IMG/VR virus record: IMGVR_UViG_3300020041_000040
Span: 1 to 6,277 of that record
Reading direction: 5' to 3' (one strand)
DNA: 6,277 bases
Source: a virus
Below the pieces are notes generated by a model. It did no database searches and had not been told where the DNA came from. It saw only the letters and a list, made by a program, of their open reading frames with translations. This document shows positions 4,589 to 6,277 of this stretch, in pieces. The translations under genes were made by a program, and so were the position numbers. Every line of letters starts with the position of its first letter. Position 1 is the stretch's first letter.

Positions 4589-5032
4589 ATGAGAAGTTTT
4601 GCTTATAAGAACCCCGATTGTATTAAAAATGAGGTTATCCCCGAATTGGTTGAGGATAATCCGTGTTATCAGGAATCTGTATATGATTCTGTGATGTATG
4701 ATGAAACTCCTGATGGTGATTTGATTCAGGTCGATATGACACAAATCCTGTTAAATCAGGAAAAATATCGCCGTTCGCTTGGTGATATGAACGTTCAGAG
4801 CATCCTAGACCAGATGCATCCTACTCAGTCTACCGTGATGGATGGTATGACTGATGCAGAACGGTTTGAATGTGTCGTTTCCCGACATTGTCAGACGATG
4901 TCTGAAAGGCAGGCTGTGTTACAACAGCTGGCTGGTGAGAAGTCTGAGCTTACTAAATATGCTGAAGCTATGTTGGCAGAGCAAAAGTCAGAGCCCGCTT
5001 CTGCGTCCGCCCCTGACGCTCCTGCTCAATGA
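4589..5032 (+). CDS. Acidic 147-aa protein between VP1 and VP2: candidate internal scaffolding protein (VP3-like) or hypothetical
   Basis: ATG 4589 lies 10 nt after the VP1 stop. The track ORF starts at 4463, but that extension overlaps VP1 and is Leu-rich off-frame junk. The protein is acidic with a low-complexity tail EPASASAPDAPAQ. Its stop overlaps the VP2 ATG (ATGA at 5029-5032). The function is inferred from position and size only. Confidence 0.75.
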   Translation: MRSFAYKNPDCIKNEVIPELVEDNPCYQESVYDSVMYDETPDGDLIQVDMTQILLNQEKYRRSLGDMNVQSILDQMHPTQSTVMDGMTDAERFECVVSRHCQTMSERQAVLQQLAGEKSELTKYAEAMLAEQKSEPASASAPDAPAQ

Positions 5033-6144
5033 GATTCTATGATATTGGAGAAAGCCCCTTAATGGGGCACTCCGAAAAGCATATTGCTCCTCTTGTCCTT
5101 GGAGGTATTATTGCTGCTGGTGCTTCTCTTGCTGGTAACGCTATTGGTGCATCATCCCAGAATAAGACAAATCAGACTAGTATTGATATTAATCGTGAGA
5201 ATAACGCATTTAATGCTCATCAGGCTCAGATTCAGCGTGATTGGCAGGAAAAAATGTGGGGAATGAATAATGCCTATAACTCCCCTAATGCTATGATTTC
5301 TCGCGGTCTGAATCCGTTTGTTCAAGGTTCTGCCGCTTTGGCTGGCTCTAAGGCTCCTGCTTCAGGCGGTGCTGTTGCTTCTGCTGCTGGTATGCCTAGC
5401 TTACAAGCATTTCGCCCTGATTTCTCGGATGTAGGTTCTGCTCTTGCTTCCATGGCTCAGGCTCGTGCTGCTATGCTTAACGCTGAACAGAATGCCTCTC
5501 TTACTCCGTATAAGATGCTACAGATTCTTGGTGATACTAATTATCGTAATATTGGTGTTGGCCAGTCAGGTTATTGGAATGCGTCTACTGGCCGTCGATC
5601 TGCATTGTTGGATCAGTCTAAGGAATATCAGGAGCTTAAGAATATGGAATTTGCTGGTCGTCTTACTTCTGCTCAAGAAGCACAGATTCTCCTTGATTCT
5701 GAAGCCCAACAGGTGCTTAATAAGTATCTTGATGAGCAACAACAGGCTGATCTGTTTATCAAAGGCCAGACCTTATCTAATTTGTATGCTCAACACTCTC
5801 TTACAGAGGCTCAGTATAAAACTGAGATGGCTAAGGCTGTAAAAATTTCTGCTGAGACCAATGGTCTTCGTATTAGTAATAAGATTGCATCTCAAACCGC
5901 TGATTCTTTGATTTATGCTAATATTCAGTCTAATCGTGCTCGAGGCTTATCTTCATTATGGGAATCTAAGAATACCAATGTGCTTAAAAATATTGAGTTT
6001 TCTAAAGATAAGGCTTTGCGTGATTATTATAAGTGGAGCTCTAAGTCTAAACAGAAGGACGTTGATTCTTATGAGTTGCGTAATGCTGTAGATTATGGAT
6101 CTAGGATTTTTCAAGGTATCGGTAACAGTATTGGAAGAAGGTAG
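5029..6144 (+). CDS. VP2: Minor capsid / DNA pilot protein (Microviridae VP2, functional analogue of phiX174 H), 371 aa
   Basis: It has a Gly/Ala-rich hydrophobic N-terminus (IAPLVLGGIIAAGASLAGNAIGA). This is followed by NAFNAHQAQIQRDWQEKMWGMNNAYNSPNAMISRGLNPF, which resembles the conserved VP2 N-terminal block of gokushovirus-like phages. A long Gln/Ala/Leu-rich, presumably helical region follows. An alternative start is ATG 5062 (MGHSEKH). Confidence 0.85.
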   Translation: MRFYDIGESPLMGHSEKHIAPLVLGGIIAAGASLAGNAIGASSQNKTNQTSIDINRENNAFNAHQAQIQRDWQEKMWGMNNAYNSPNAMISRGLNPFVQGSAALAGSKAPASGGAVASAAGMPSLQAFRPDFSDVGSALASMAQARAAMLNAEQNASLTPYKMLQILGDTNYRNIGVGQSGYWNASTGRRSALLDQSKEYQELKNMEFAGRLTSAQEAQILLDSEAQQVLNKYLDEQQQADLFIKGQTLSNLYAQHSLTEAQYKTEMAKAVKISAETNGLRISNKIASQTADSLIYANIQSNRARGLSSLWESKNTNVLKNIEFSKDKALRDYYKWSSKSKQKDVDSYELRNAVDYGSRIFQGIGNSIGRR

Positions 6145-6156
6145 GCATTCTTCAGG

Positions 6157-6277
6157 ACTAGAAGCCCATCGCGGCGTTTGAGCGATATACACCCGCCGCC
6201 CGCGTAGGGCCTGATCGAAATATGGAGCGGAGCGACTTCCTTAGAGAAGCGTTCCGCTTCGGTATTTTAGCACGAAG
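6157..6277. repeat. Terminal direct repeat, copy 2 (circular-assembly overlap)
   Basis: Identical to 1-121. It starts 12 nt after the VP2 stop codon (TAG 6142-6144). Confidence 0.95.

Larger units (their letters stand above)
1..6156 (+). other. Complete unit-length circular Microviridae (ssDNA phage) genome, 6,156 nt
   Basis: The exact 121-nt overlap of the window ends (1-121 = 6157-6277) closes the circle. The gene set is VP4 HUH Rep, VP1 capsid and VP2 pilot, all on one strand and tightly packed with ATGA or 2-18 nt junctions. The coding strand is T-rich with strongly T-ending codons, as is typical of Microviridae. Confidence 0.9.

Noticed and set aside
1015-6192. Minus-strand ORFs in the track: 1015-1242, 1270-1515, 4057-4392, 4523-4744 and 5956-6192.
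   Set aside because: All are antisense to well-supported genes and have junk-like compositions. Microviridae genomes are transcribed from one strand only. The 5956-6192 ORF also runs across the VP2 stop into the non-coding repeat.
1-6277. Searched by eye for tRNA or rRNA genes, CRISPR arrays, an integrase, a reverse transcriptase or DGR, and toxin-antitoxin pairs.
   Set aside because: None found. There is no T-loop or cloverleaf candidate, no regularly spaced repeats, and all sizeable ORFs are accounted for by the seven phage genes.

Overview
The window is one complete, circularly closed genome of a small ssDNA phage of the family Microviridae, from a non-phiX174 gokushovirus/alpavirus-like lineage. 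Bases 1-121 recur exactly at 6157-6277, so the unique unit is 6,156 nt and the duplication is best read as an assembly overlap of a circle. Seven co-directional + strand genes fill 422-6144 with almost no spacers. In order they are a 64-aa orphan, a 29-aa single-transmembrane peptide, a 102-aa Peptidase_M15_3-like cell-wall peptidase, a 611-aa HUH rolling-circle replication initiator (VP4), a 575-aa major capsid protein (VP1), a 147-aa acidic scaffold-like protein, and a 371-aa DNA-pilot/minor capsid protein (VP2). The remaining ~433 nt (6145-6156 plus 1-421) has no ORF in the supplied track. It is more GC-rich and carries several hairpins, three copies of TATACAYC, two copies of the GCGAAGC mini-hairpin heptamer, and a Bacteroidetes-type promoter (TTTG, 19 nt, TAnnTTTG) aimed at the first gene. 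The most unusual item is the translationally coupled membrane-peptide plus M15-peptidase pair. It looks like a holin/SAR-endolysin style lysis (or entry) module, which is not the classical microvirus lysis strategy. All family assignments come from motifs I recognise by eye; no database search was possible.
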